From a bacterium (GTDB lineage Bacteria; Patescibacteriota; UBA1384; VFKW01), in contig JAUSIS010000006.1 of assembly GCA_030647355.1 (NCBI GenBank), positions 26,221-90,220 of the forward strand: a stretch of 64,000 nucleotides of DNA. Reading direction: 5' to 3'. This document shows, in pieces, positions 1 through 10,427 of the stretch (its first letter is position 1; every line of letters begins with the position of its first letter). The notes under the pieces are model-generated. The model worked only from the letters and a program-made list of their open reading frames with translations. It did not search any database and had not been told where the DNA came from. The position numbers and the translations under genes were made by a program.

Positions 1-1200
1 ATCGGTAATTATGGTCTGGAAGCATATTATAATGAAGCGCTGGAAGGCAGTATGGGGATAAGGGTATCGAGTCGCGATAGTCGCGGGAGAAAGATAGCGA
101 CTATCAAAAATGAAGTAAATAAGGAAGATGGAGCTGATATTATCCTTGAGACAGAGCATAATGTGCAGTTTAAGGCCGAAGAGGTTATAGCTAATGCAGT
201 TAAAGATCATGGGGCGGATCGGGGCAGTATGATAGTGATGGATACGCGTACAGGAGGTATTTTAGCGATGGCAAATGTCCCTTCTTATGACCCAAATAAT
301 TATTCAAAAGTAGCTAAGGATTCACTTGAAATATTTAGAAATCCTGCAATATCGGAGGCTTGGGAGCCGGGCTCGATTATGAAACCGCTGGTAATGGGGG
401 CGGCACTGGACCAGGGGCTGGTAACTCCTGATACAACAGGCGATTATGATAGTTGTGTCACGGTACAAGGATATAAGATTTGTACGGCGACTAAGAAAGC
501 ATTCGGGCATGAAACAATGACTCAAGTGCTGGAGAATTCGGATAATGTTGCAATGGTCTCGGTTGGTGACAAGTTGGGTAATGAAATGTTATTTAGGTAT
601 CTGAAGGCGCTGGGTTTTGGGGAAAAAGAGAGGGTTGATCTTCAGGGAGAAGCGATGGGGATGTTATCTGATTTTAAAAAATGGCGCGATTTGACACGAT
701 CTACTATTGTATTTGGACAAGGAATGACGGTAACACCTTTGCAAATGGTCAATGCTTATGCGGCGGTTGCAAATAAAGGTGTGCTGGTTAAGCCGCATGT
801 AGTAAAGGAGATTAAAAATTCCGATGGTTCGGTTACGAGTATCAAGCGGGAAGATATTCGACGAGTTTTTAAGGGAGAGACGGCAGCGGAACTAACGCAA
901 ATGTTGATTTCTGTAGTTGAAAAGGGGCATGGAAAGAGAGCGGGAGTGAAGGGGTATTGGGTGGCAGGTAAAACGGGCACCGCCCAAATTCCTAATCCGG
1001 ACGGTGGCTATTATGAAGATCGGCAGGTGGGATCTTTTGCAGGATTTTTCCCGGCGGATAATCCCCGATTTGCTATGATAGTAAAAATAGATAATCCTAA
1101 GAATACTCAATGGGCGGAGAGTTCGGCGGCACCTACATTTGGTCAAATGGCTCAGTGGCTTTTGAGTTACTATCGTATTGCGCCGAATCGAAATAATTAG
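1..1200 (+). CDS. ftsI: Penicillin-binding protein transpeptidase (FtsI/PBP3-like), 5'-truncated by window edge
   Basis: Frame 1 is open from nt 1 (IGNYGLEAYYNEALEG...). SxN motif (SDN) and KTG motif (GKTGTAQ) present. First gene of the dcw cluster. Confidence 0.85.
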   Translation: MGNYGLEAYYNEALEGSMGIRVSSRDSRGRKIATIKNEVNKEDGADIILETEHNVQFKAEEVIANAVKDHGADRGSMIVMDTRTGGILAMANVPSYDPNNYSKVAKDSLEIFRNPAISEAWEPGSIMKPLVMGAALDQGLVTPDTTGDYDSCVTVQGYKICTATKKAFGHETMTQVLENSDNVAMVSVGDKLGNEMLFRYLKALGFGEKERVDLQGEAMGMLSDFKKWRDLTRSTIVFGQGMTVTPLQMVNAYAAVANKGVLVKPHVVKEIKNSDGSVTSIKREDIRRVFKGETAAELTQMLISVVEKGHGKRAGVKGYWVAGKTGTAQIPNPDGGYYEDRQVGSFAGFFPADNPRFAMIVKIDNPKNTQWAESSAAPTFGQMAQWLLSYYRIAPNRNN

Positions 1201-1231
1201 TAAAATGATGGGCAGTTGATTATAGGATAAA

Positions 1232-2305
1232 ATGAAGATATATTTTAGGAAGTTTCTAGAGAGAAAACTAGGTAAATGGGCAAAGCAAGCTTGGCTGGTT
1301 ACGAGGCCCGAGGTTATAGCGATTACAGGTAGTACTGCCAAGACATCAACTAAAGAAGCAATTTGCGCTGTTATGAGGGCGCAATTTGGGGGTGAAGTGT
1401 TTTGCAGTCCGGGAAATATGAACAGTGAGTTTGGTATGCCACTAGCGATATTGGGATTCAATAGATCGGTAAAGTTTTTTGAATTCCCCATTATCTTACT
1501 GAAAGGTTGGCTAAGGATAAGATCGAAGAGGAAATTTCCTCATTGGTGGGTTTTGGAAATGGGCTCAGATAAGCCGGGTGATATCAAATATCTCACCAGT
1601 TTAGTCCAGCCGAATTCAGGTGTAATCACAACAGTTGGTCCGGTTCACTTGCAGGCATTGGGATCAATCGAGGGAGTTTATGAGGAGAAAGTGGATTTAG
1701 TGCGAGCGGTTAAAAATGATGGGGCGGTATTTTTGAATAGAATGAACAATTTAGTCACGAAGATGGCTGATCAAGCTAAGGGAAGAGTGATTTATTATAG
1801 CGGGAACCCTGATGAAATTGCCCAATCGGCGGCAGAAGCGGTTGGCCGATATTATAAAATTGATGAGCAAAAGATCGAGCAAACATTAGCAAATTTTAAG
1901 TCTCTAGATGGACGGATGAGTGTTGTTGAAGGTATAAATGGCTCTGTAATTATTGACGATTCTTATAATTCAAATCCTCTTTCAATGGAAGTAGCTTTGT
2001 ATTGTCTTGATAAACTAGCTAAGGCAAGGGGAGCCAAGCGCAAAATAGTAATTGTGGGCGATATGCTGGAGCTGGGTAATTATACCAAAGAGGCGCATAG
2101 GGTTATGAAAGAGGCAATTGAACGGGTTGCCGATTATACGGTAGGAATAGGTCCGCTTGTAAAAGATTTGCAGTTAAATGAGTGGTATGAAGATTCTGAT
2201 GCTAAAATATCGGTCTTGAATCAGATAGGTGAAGGTGATATTATTCTGGTGAAAGCCTCACGAGGTATTCACTTGGATAATATTGTAAAAAGATTAAAGA
2301 AATGA
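1232..2305 (+). CDS. murF: UDP-N-acetylmuramoyl-tripeptide--D-alanyl-D-alanine ligase MurF
   Basis: Mur ligase ATP-binding motif ITGSTAKTSTKE. Mur ligase C-terminal domain. dcw-cluster position. Confidence 0.85.
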   Translation: MKIYFRKFLERKLGKWAKQAWLVTRPEVIAITGSTAKTSTKEAICAVMRAQFGGEVFCSPGNMNSEFGMPLAILGFNRSVKFFEFPIILLKGWLRIRSKRKFPHWWVLEMGSDKPGDIKYLTSLVQPNSGVITTVGPVHLQALGSIEGVYEEKVDLVRAVKNDGAVFLNRMNNLVTKMADQAKGRVIYYSGNPDEIAQSAAEAVGRYYKIDEQKIEQTLANFKSLDGRMSVVEGINGSVIIDDSYNSNPLSMEVALYCLDKLAKARGAKRKIVIVGDMLELGNYTKEAHRVMKEAIERVADYTVGIGPLVKDLQLNEWYEDSDAKISVLNQIGEGDIILVKASRGIHLDNIVKRLKK

Positions 2306-2313
2306 GGGTCTAG

Positions 2314-3360
2314 ATGCAGTCATTTAATGTTTCAGACATAAGCATAATTAAGATACTATTTATGACAGCTGTTTCGTTTATTGTTGCTATGGTATGGACT
2401 CCTTTTTTGACTAATTTTTTATATAAGAATAGATTTGGTAAGAAGATTAGAGATACGGGATTTGATAATAACAGGGCGCCCATTTTCTATTCTTTACATA
2501 AAGGCAAGGAAAATACGCCGGTCATGGGTGGATTACTAATTTGGGTGACGGTCGCTGTGTTGGCTTTTTGGTTTAGTCGTTATCCGCAAACAAGCTATCT
2601 AAGTCGCAGTGCGACTTGGTTGCCTTTGGCGGCTTTGATCGGATCGGGGGTGATTGGGGCAATTGATGATATTTTTAATATTAAAGGGATTGGTCCCCAC
2701 AGAGGAGGGTTGAAGTTTGGTATACGTTTATTGCTCTATTTATTAATTGCCTGTTTTGCTGCTTGGTGGTTTTATAGCAAACTGGGTTGGAGTGAGATAC
2801 ATGTGCCGGCAATAGGCGATTTTAATATTGGACTATGGTATGTGCCTCTGTTTATAGGAGTTTTGATTTTTACAGCTTTTTCATCTAATCAAACTGATGG
2901 TTTAGATGGACTAGCCGGGGGGATTTTTGCTACCTCGTTTGCTTCTTACGCTTTAATTGCATTAATGATTGGGAATGTATCATTGGCAATTTTTTGCGGA
3001 ACGATTATGGGAGCGTTGTTGGCATTCTTGTGGTTTAATATCTATCCAGCCAGATTTTTTATGGGAGATACCGGAGTAATGGCGCTAGGTATGACTCTGG
3101 GAATAGTGGCTTTTTTGACTAATACGGTAGTCGTATTGCCTCTAATCGGCTTTGTTTTTTATGCCGAGGGGATCACTACTATTATCCAAATTGCATCAAA
3201 AAAGCTAAGGCATGGAAAAAAGGTATTTTTATCAGCACCGATTCATCATCACTTTGAGGCATTGGGATGGCCGGAAACCAAAGTAACGATGAGGTTTTGG
3301 ATCATTTCCTGGATTGCGGCTGTTGTGGGGGTGGCTGTCGCTCTTTTGGGCGGAGGTTAA
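2314..3360 (+). CDS. mraY: Phospho-N-acetylmuramoyl-pentapeptide transferase MraY
   Basis: Polytopic membrane protein with the NQTDGLDGLAGG motif typical of MraY/WecA. dcw-cluster position. Confidence 0.9.
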   Translation: MQSFNVSDISIIKILFMTAVSFIVAMVWTPFLTNFLYKNRFGKKIRDTGFDNNRAPIFYSLHKGKENTPVMGGLLIWVTVAVLAFWFSRYPQTSYLSRSATWLPLAALIGSGVIGAIDDIFNIKGIGPHRGGLKFGIRLLLYLLIACFAAWWFYSKLGWSEIHVPAIGDFNIGLWYVPLFIGVLIFTAFSSNQTDGLDGLAGGIFATSFASYALIALMIGNVSLAIFCGTIMGALLAFLWFNIYPARFFMGDTGVMALGMTLGIVAFLTNTVVVLPLIGFVFYAEGITTIIQIASKKLRHGKKVFLSAPIHHHFEALGWPETKVTMRFWIISWIAAVVGVAVALLGGG

Positions 3361-3432
3361 TCTCTAGTTAATTTTCTTGTTTGCGGTGGAATGGCCATCT
3401 GTTTTATGGTATTATGGAACGGAGGTAGAGAT

Positions 3433-4806
3433 ATGTACGATTGGACTAGAATGTGTGTGGGAATGCTCGGGGCAGGGATTGAGAATATATCGCTGACGCG
3501 TTATTTATTAGCGCAAGGTGCCAAAGTAATTGTTTATGATCAAAATGATCCAGCTTTGGTTGGTGAAAAGATGGGCAATTTGGAAAGTGACAATTTGATT
3601 ATTGTGGCAGGAAAGAATTATGTAGAGAAACTCTCTAAGCATGATTTATTCTTTCGTTCGCCTGGTATGCCCTTGGGATATGCTCAAGAGATAACTAAGC
3701 AAAATGGGAAACTCTCTAGTGCAATGCAGCTCTTTTTTGAACTTTGTCCGGCTAAAATTATCGGCGTAACCGGAACTAAGGGCAAAGGAACTGTGAGCAG
3801 TTTAATATTTGAAATATTAAGTCGTAGGAAGTCCAATGTATATTTAGCGGGCAATATCGGCAGGGCACCTTTTGACTTTATTGATGATTTAAAAGAGAAT
3901 GATTGGGTTGTAATGGAGATATCCAGTTTTCAGCTTGAAGATATGACTCTTAGTCCACATATAGCAGTGGTTTTAAATATTACGCCGGACCATTTAGCAG
4001 CTTCAACACAGAACAATCCAAATTACCACAAGAATTTTGATGAGTATGTTATGGCTAAGAAAAAGATATTGGAGTATCAAAAAATGGATGATTATGCTGT
4101 TATTGTGGCAAGTGAGATTGGGAAGCAGATTAAGAAGGTAACTGCCGCTGAAGTTTATGTAGTAGCGGGGGATTCTCGGAGTGGTTGTGTAATAATAGAG
4201 AATAAATTTGTTGTTCGGCTTGGTGGTAAGCTGGTTGAGATCATTGGTACTAATGAAGTTAAGTTATTGGGGCAGCACAACTTGATTAATATACAAGCTG
4301 CTATTATGGCCTCATTTTTAGCAGGAGCAAATAGAGACGATATTGGCCAAGTGGTCGCAGACTTTAAGGGTCTTCCCCATAGATTGGAGTTTGTGCGTGA
4401 AGTAGGAGGTAAAGAATTTTATGATGACTCATATGCGACCGACCCCGATGCAGCAGTTGCGGCGATCAGATCTTTTATCCAACCGGTTGTTTTAATCTGT
4501 GGGGGGGCTTCGAAAGGCGCTGACTTTGACGAATTGGCTCAGGCGATCAAGGCTTCTTCGGTAAAAGCGGCGATACTGATGGGGGATGAAGCAGATAGAA
4601 TAGAAAAAGCTTTGGAAGAAGCTAATGCAGATCTAGCTCTCGAGAAAAATCTAGTTGGCATGAAAGATATAGTTGGAAGAGCAAATGAGCTGGCTAAGAT
4701 AGGAGATGTGGTTTTGCTTTCTCCTGGCTGTGCTAGTTTTGGACTGTTTGAATCGGCTAGAGATAGGGGAGAACAATTTCAGAGGACAGTTAATGGGATC
4801 AAGTGA
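3433..4806 (+). CDS. murD: UDP-N-acetylmuramoylalanine--D-glutamate ligase MurD
   Basis: GVTGTKGKGT P-loop, Mur ligase middle and C-terminal domains. The ORF opens at 3391; the ATG at 3433 has a better RBS (GGAGGTAGAGAT). Confidence 0.85.
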   Translation: MYDWTRMCVGMLGAGIENISLTRYLLAQGAKVIVYDQNDPALVGEKMGNLESDNLIIVAGKNYVEKLSKHDLFFRSPGMPLGYAQEITKQNGKLSSAMQLFFELCPAKIIGVTGTKGKGTVSSLIFEILSRRKSNVYLAGNIGRAPFDFIDDLKENDWVVMEISSFQLEDMTLSPHIAVVLNITPDHLAASTQNNPNYHKNFDEYVMAKKKILEYQKMDDYAVIVASEIGKQIKKVTAAEVYVVAGDSRSGCVIIENKFVVRLGGKLVEIIGTNEVKLLGQHNLINIQAAIMASFLAGANRDDIGQVVADFKGLPHRLEFVREVGGKEFYDDSYATDPDAAVAAIRSFIQPVVLICGGASKGADFDELAQAIKASSVKAAILMGDEADRIEKALEEANADLALEKNLVGMKDIVGRANELAKIGDVVLLSPGCASFGLFESARDRGEQFQRTVNGIK

Positions 4807-5930
4807 TCCAGGAGGGCTGGGTGCTGGAACGTTATAGACGAATTGGTCATGGTTTTGATTATTGGCTTGCATTAGTAATTTTTGTGTTGTCGGTTTTTGG
4901 TGTTATTATGATATTTTCCGCTTCGGCGGTTGTCTCGTATGAGCGATTTAATAGTCCTTACGGCTATGCTTCGAAGCAGGCAATGGCACTCGGAATAGGG
5001 TTAGTTGCTTGGTTTGTCATGACGATGATTGATTATCGTTTTTGGCAGAAAAAAGCAACTGTGTTTCTAGTAATCACGATTGTTCTATTGCTGGCTGTGT
5101 TCTTGCCCGGAATAGGGATTGAACGCAATGGAGCCCATCGGTGGATTGACTTAGGATCGTTTTCTTTACAGCCGTCGGAACTGATTAAATTGTTTTTTCT
5201 GATGTATATTTCGGCCTGGCTATCGAAAAAAGGAGAAAAAATTAACGATTTAAATAAAGGGATAATTCCTTTTGTTATTATCCTTTTAGTTGTAATTTTT
5301 TTGATTATGAAAGAGCCTGATATGGGGACCATGTCTGTTATAGCGGTGTTCTCTATGGCTGTGTTTTTTGTTTCAGGAGTAGCATGGCATTATTTATTAA
5401 TTTTTATGGCAGGAGCAATTGCTCTATTTAGAGTATTAATTTATGCAGCTCCCTATCGTCTGCAAAGATTGATGGTTTTTTTAAATCCTAATCAAGCCCA
5501 AAGTGGAGCCGGTTATCATATTAATCAGGCGCTGCTTGCTTTGGGGTCTGGCGGGCTTCTGGGTTTGGGCTTTGGACAAAGTAAACAAAAATATTTATTT
5601 TTGCCGGAAGCGCATACGGATTCGATATTTGCTATAATTGGTGAAGAATTAGGATTTTTGCGAGCGGCATTAGTGATCCTAGCTTTTGTATTTATAGCTT
5701 GGAGAGGGCTGGAAATAGCAAAAAGAGCTCCGGATAAATTCGGTCAGCTGGTTGCTACCGGAATCACTGTCTGGTTTATTTGGCAGGCGTTCGTAAATAT
5801 CGGAGCAATGCTCGGTTTGCTTCCACTTACCGGCGTTCCTCTGCCGTTTATTAGTTATGGAGGTACGTCTTTGGTTGTGAGTTTTGCAGCAGCAGGGATT
5901 CTATTAAATATTTCCAAACAGACTACATAA
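4803..5930 (+). CDS. ftsW: SEDS-family peptidoglycan glycosyltransferase / cell-division protein FtsW
   Basis: ~10-TM SEDS protein with the conserved C-terminal region (GLLPLTGVPLPFISYGGTS). Sits between murD and murG. Confidence 0.85.
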   Translation: MIQEGWVLERYRRIGHGFDYWLALVIFVLSVFGVIMIFSASAVVSYERFNSPYGYASKQAMALGIGLVAWFVMTMIDYRFWQKKATVFLVITIVLLLAVFLPGIGIERNGAHRWIDLGSFSLQPSELIKLFFLMYISAWLSKKGEKINDLNKGIIPFVIILLVVIFLIMKEPDMGTMSVIAVFSMAVFFVSGVAWHYLLIFMAGAIALFRVLIYAAPYRLQRLMVFLNPNQAQSGAGYHINQALLALGSGGLLGLGFGQSKQKYLFLPEAHTDSIFAIIGEELGFLRAALVILAFVFIAWRGLEIAKRAPDKFGQLVATGITVWFIWQAFVNIGAMLGLLPLTGVPLPFISYGGTSLVVSFAAAGILLNISKQTT

Positions 5931-5945
5931 ATAAACGGAGATCAT

Positions 5946-7076
5946 ATGTCGGTAAATTTTTATAAATACAAATTTGTTCTAACGGGCGGCGGAACGGGTG
6001 GGCATATAATGCCGCTTATCGCTATGTTCGATTATTTGCAGGAATATCCAGTAGAAATCATTTATATTGGTGAATCGGGGGGCAGGGAAGAAAAGATTGC
6101 CGAACAAAATAATATTATTTTTAAAGGGATTGCCGCTGGAAAGTTACGGCGATTCAATGACATAGGATCACTGCTTAGTAACTTTTTAGATATTTTTCGA
6201 ACTATCATAGGAATAATCCAGTCACTTAATTTTTTAGTTCAATTTCGTCCTAATGCAATTCTCTCAAAGGGTGGCTATGTCAGTTTGCCTGTGGTGATAG
6301 CAGGGTGGGTACTCAAGATTCCCGTTCTCGTGCATGAATCTGATATGGAAATGGGGTTGACAAACAAATTTAGCTTGAAGTTCACTAAGTTTCTTGCAAC
6401 CGGCTTCCCCATTGAGAATTATTCAAAATGGGAGGATTTAAAAATGGTTTTTACCGGTACGCCGATTGACCGGGATTTTTTCAATCTCAAGGCTACAAGC
6501 AGTGATTATGAATTCTTTGGGTTCAACTCGAGAAAACCTGTGTTATTAGTTACCGGTGGTTTACAAGGAGCGCATGTTATAAATGAGAGTATAAGAAAAA
6601 TATTGCCAAAGTTGCTTGAGAATTGGCAGATTATACATCTCAGCGGCGAAGGTGATTATGATATATTTATAGATATAAAGGCGAATTTGGATAAGTATGA
6701 AGATCGTTATTCGGTATTTCCTATACTGGGTAAGGATAGAATTAAAGCCATGCGAATAGCGTCGCTTGTGGTAAGTAGAGCTAGTGCCACGACTTTGGCT
6801 GAATTATCCAGTATGGCGAAGCCGGTAATATTGATACCCTTATCTTCTGCGGCATCTGATCATCAAAATAAAAATGCTAGAGTGTTTGAGAGCCAAGGCG
6901 CGGCAACAATTATATCTGAAAAAGAGTTGACTGGAGATAAGCTTTATGAAACAATTAGGTCCCTTGGGGAGAACAGGGGTAAATTAGACGCTATGGGGAA
7001 AGCCATGGAGACATTTAGCAAACCGGAGGCGGGAAAGTTACTTATGGAACAATTAATTCAGATGATTCATGAATGA
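5946..7076 (+). CDS. murG: Undecaprenyl-PP-MurNAc-pentapeptide-UDP-GlcNAc GlcNAc transferase MurG
   Basis: N-terminal G-loop LTGGGTGGHIMP. GT28 C-terminal domain. Confidence 0.9.
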   Translation: MSVNFYKYKFVLTGGGTGGHIMPLIAMFDYLQEYPVEIIYIGESGGREEKIAEQNNIIFKGIAAGKLRRFNDIGSLLSNFLDIFRTIIGIIQSLNFLVQFRPNAILSKGGYVSLPVVIAGWVLKIPVLVHESDMEMGLTNKFSLKFTKFLATGFPIENYSKWEDLKMVFTGTPIDRDFFNLKATSSDYEFFGFNSRKPVLLVTGGLQGAHVINESIRKILPKLLENWQIIHLSGEGDYDIFIDIKANLDKYEDRYSVFPILGKDRIKAMRIASLVVSRASATTLAELSSMAKPVILIPLSSAASDHQNKNARVFESQGAATIISEKELTGDKLYETIRSLGENRGKLDAMGKAMETFSKPEAGKLLMEQLIQMIHE

Positions 7077-8490
7077 AGAGGTAAGTATGAAGCATGTGCA
7101 TTTTATCGGGATAGGCGGGGTTGGTATGTCAGCTTTGGCAATCATCGCGCAGCAAAAAGGAATGAAAGTTACCGGATCGGATGTTGAGGACATTTACTTT
7201 ATTGGCGATATGCTCAAGGACAATCATATTAATTGGAAACCTTTTAGTGTGGAAAACCTGAAGGATAAACCGGATATTGTGGTAGTGGGAGCGGCGTGGG
7301 ATGAGAAGAATGTTGAGGTTCAGGAAGCTAAAAAACAACATTTGACTATCAAGACGTATTCAGAATTTTTAGGTGAAATAATGCAGGATTATAAAGGTGT
7401 CGCAGTTGCTGGTATTCATGGTAAGACGACCACAACGGCTATGATTGCTTTTTTACTTGCGAGCGCAAAAATGAGTCCTAGTTTTTTGATTGGATGCAGA
7501 GTAGCTCCTAATTTAGGCAGTAACGCTAGGTTAGGAGAAGGTGAATATTTTATTACAGAGGCGGATGAATATAAAAAATCGTCGAGCGATTTTACCAGTA
7601 AGTTTTTAGATCTTAAGCCGGAGATAGCGGTTGTAACGAGTATCGAAATGGATCACCCGGATATTTTTGAAACTGTTGAGGATGTCTACAGAGCATTTTA
7701 TCGTTTTGCTTGTAAAGTGCCTAGGTCGGGATTGGTTATTGGGTGTGTTGATTGCGACAAAGTGAAGAAACTGTCATTGAGTCTAGCTGATAGACGTTTT
7801 GAATCGTATGGGTTTTCTTATGGAGCCGACTGGCGGATTATTGAATACCAAGTTGAACCCGGAGAGCAATCCTTTAGTATTAAAAGAGATAAACAGATAT
7901 ATGGGCCGTTTAAGTTGACGATTCCCGGGGAGCATAATATTCTTAATGCGACCGCAGCTATAATAGTTTGTTTAAAAATCGGAGTTAAGCCGGCAACTCT
8001 ACAGCGCTATTTGCCTGAATTTTCCGGAGTTGAGAGACGCTTTCAGGTTCTAGGAGAAAGGGAAGGGGTTGTGGTTGTAGATGATTATGCACATCACCCT
8101 ACATCAATTAGGGCGACGTTACAAGGAGCTAGGTCCTTTTATCCTAATAGAAAAATTTGCTGCGTGTTTCAACCGCATACATATAGCAGAACGAAAGAAC
8201 TACTTGATGAATTTGCTAAGTCCTTTGATGGCGCTGATCTTGTTTTGATCACAGATATTTATGCTTCAGCAAGAGAAAAATCAGGGAGAATTCATGCCAG
8301 GCATTTGGTGGAGGAAACCAAGAAATACAATAGTCATGTATATTATGTCAGTAAATTAGACGAAGCAGTTGATTTCTTAAAAGAGAATCTAGAGCGGGGA
8401 GATGTGTTGGTGGTGATGGGGGCGGGTGATATATACAAGGTAGGAATGGATTATTTGAATTTACCTGTTTCGGCGGATTTGAAGGATTAA
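7069..8490 (+). CDS. murC: UDP-N-acetylmuramate--L-alanine ligase MurC
   Basis: HFIGIGGVGMSALA and GIHGKTTTTAMIA motifs. An alternative start is the ATG at 7087. Confidence 0.9.
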   Translation: MNEEVSMKHVHFIGIGGVGMSALAIIAQQKGMKVTGSDVEDIYFIGDMLKDNHINWKPFSVENLKDKPDIVVVGAAWDEKNVEVQEAKKQHLTIKTYSEFLGEIMQDYKGVAVAGIHGKTTTTAMIAFLLASAKMSPSFLIGCRVAPNLGSNARLGEGEYFITEADEYKKSSSDFTSKFLDLKPEIAVVTSIEMDHPDIFETVEDVYRAFYRFACKVPRSGLVIGCVDCDKVKKLSLSLADRRFESYGFSYGADWRIIEYQVEPGEQSFSIKRDKQIYGPFKLTIPGEHNILNATAAIIVCLKIGVKPATLQRYLPEFSGVERRFQVLGEREGVVVVDDYAHHPTSIRATLQGARSFYPNRKICCVFQPHTYSRTKELLDEFAKSFDGADLVLITDIYASAREKSGRIHARHLVEETKKYNSHVYYVSKLDEAVDFLKENLERGDVLVVMGAGDIYKVGMDYLNLPVSADLKD

Positions 8491-8502
8491 TTTGGAGAAA
8501 AT

Positions 8503-9489
8503 ATGGAAATAGCCAAGCAATTAAAGGAGCAACTGGGAGAAAAGCTTGAGGAACATCTAGGCCTTAGAGATTATACTACTATGAAAGTAGGAGGGGTGGC
8601 GGATTATGTTTTTAGTGCATCAACAGTGTCCGAGCTGGTTAATGCTGTGCAGGCGGCGGTTAATTTGGATATTCCTTATTTAGTCCTTGGGGGTGGCAGT
8701 AATGTGATTATTAGTGATTATGGCTTTCCTGGAATGGTGATTTTTAATCGCTCCTCAAATGTTGCTTTTCTGCAAGATAGATCACAAGTGATGTCTGATT
8801 CAGGAGTTTATTTATCGCATTTGATAACTTCGGCGGCAGCAAAAGAATATGGTGGACTTGAATTTTTAGTAGGGGTACCCGGTACTGTCGGAGGGGCTGC
8901 TTATAACAATGTATCGTGCTGGGGAGGAGAATTTAGCGACTATGTTCGTAGTCTTACAATTCTTTTGCCCGGGGAAGAAAAGGGTGAGAGGTGTCGGACA
9001 GTTAATATTGAGGCGCAAGATATGAAATTTGGTTATCATAGTTCCTGGCTCAAAGAAAATTCAGGAAAAAATGTAGGACGGAAACCAGTTATTTTATCAG
9101 TTAAACTTCAGTTAGCAAGTTTGCGCCGAGAGGAGATAATGAGACGAATCAAACAGTATCAACAAATGAGATTGTCTAAACAGCCACTTGGGGAGCATTC
9201 TGCTGGTAGTATTTTTAAGAATCCATCAGGATTTGAAGCGACTGCTAGCGAGGATAAAAATTATTCAGCTGGTTTCTTGATTGATAAATCAGGGGGAAAA
9301 CGGTTGAGGGTGGGTGGTGCTCAAGTATCTAAAAAACATGCGAATTTTATTGTAAATACAGGTAAAGCGACGGCTATGGATGTGAGACAGCTGATTGAAC
9401 AGATTCAAGAATTAGTGAGGGAGAAGAAGGGAATTACATTGGAAGAAGAGATAGAATTTATTGGGGAATGGTCAAAGGAGCAAGGATGA
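8503..9489 (+). CDS. murB: UDP-N-acetylenolpyruvoylglucosamine reductase MurB
   Basis: FAD-binding PCMH-type domain (TMKVGGVADY..LVLGGGSN) and MurB C-terminal domain. Confidence 0.85.
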   Translation: MEIAKQLKEQLGEKLEEHLGLRDYTTMKVGGVADYVFSASTVSELVNAVQAAVNLDIPYLVLGGGSNVIISDYGFPGMVIFNRSSNVAFLQDRSQVMSDSGVYLSHLITSAAAKEYGGLEFLVGVPGTVGGAAYNNVSCWGGEFSDYVRSLTILLPGEEKGERCRTVNIEAQDMKFGYHSSWLKENSGKNVGRKPVILSVKLQLASLRREEIMRRIKQYQQMRLSKQPLGEHSAGSIFKNPSGFEATASEDKNYSAGFLIDKSGGKRLRVGGAQVSKKHANFIVNTGKATAMDVRQLIEQIQELVREKKGITLEEEIEFIGEWSKEQG

Positions 9490-10427
9490 AAAAGAAGCTG
9501 CATGTTGCCTTGCTTGCGGGGGGGCTGTCCAGTGAGCGAGAGGTTTCGCTTCGTTCCGGGGAGAAGGTGGCTGAGGCGTTGAAATCTCTCGGTCATCAGG
9601 TAAGGATTTATGATCCGGCGACCGACCTAAGGAAAATTATTAATGAGCGAGATTGGGTAGATGTGGTTTTTCCAGCTTTACATGGAAAATACGGAGAGGA
9701 TGGCACTATTCAGGGTTTTTTAGAATTACTTGATTTACCATATGTGGGCAGTGGTGTGCTGGCGAGCGCGCTTGCGATTGACAAACTTAAGTCAGTCGAT
9801 GTATATAGGGCTGCAGGATTGCCGACTGCGAGGTCATTTTTGATTGCCGGTAGTAGTGTAGATTGCGATAGGGTAGAAACGGAGATTGGTTTTCCCTGTG
9901 TAATTAAGCCGGTTACTAATGGATCAAGTATTGGCGTTGAGATAGTTGATAAAAAAGAGCATCTTTCTGACGCATACCGTCGGGTTAGAAAACTAGAAGA
10001 TAGGGTGATGATTGAGGAATATATATCGGGCAGAGAGATTACGGTTGGAGTGATTGGAAATGAAGAGTCTAAAGCATTGCCAGTTTTAGAAATTAAGCCA
10101 AAAAGTAGATTTTTTGATTATGATGCAAAATATAATGGTGAGACAGAAGAAGTGGTGCCGGACGATATTGATACGTCCATACTTAAGAAAGCACAAGATT
10201 ATGCTGTTCTGGCGCATAAGATACTTGGTTGCAGAGGCTTGTCTAGAACAGACTTTATTGTCAGGGATAAGGAGGTAATTGTGCTCGAGACTAATACTAT
10301 GCCCGGGATGACGAGCGAGAGTTTACTACCTAAGGCGGACATGGCGGCGGGCGTTACGTTTCCAGAATTAATTGAGCAATTGTTGGAATTGTCTTTGGAG
10401 GGAAAAAATGGGTTGGCGCAGAAATAA
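9486..10427 (+). CDS. ddl: D-alanine--D-alanine ligase
   Basis: ATP-grasp fold (HGKYGEDGTIQGFLEL, C-terminal E..NTMPGMT). The ORF opens at 9468; the ATG at 9486 follows the RBS GGAGCAAGG. Confidence 0.85.
   Translation: MKKKLHVALLAGGLSSEREVSLRSGEKVAEALKSLGHQVRIYDPATDLRKIINERDWVDVVFPALHGKYGEDGTIQGFLELLDLPYVGSGVLASALAIDKLKSVDVYRAAGLPTARSFLIAGSSVDCDRVETEIGFPCVIKPVTNGSSIGVEIVDKKEHLSDAYRRVRKLEDRVMIEEYISGREITVGVIGNEESKALPVLEIKPKSRFFDYDAKYNGETEEVVPDDIDTSILKKAQDYAVLAHKILGCRGLSRTDFIVRDKEVIVLETNTMPGMTSESLLPKADMAAGVTFPELIEQLLELSLEGKNGLAQK

Noticed and set aside
892-1491. Minus-strand ORFs overlapping dcw and other housekeeping genes (e.g. 892-1491, 12920-13300, 32354-32911, 20492-21253 region)
   Set aside because: They are antisense to strongly supported conserved genes and have no conserved motifs. 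Typical shadow ORFs.
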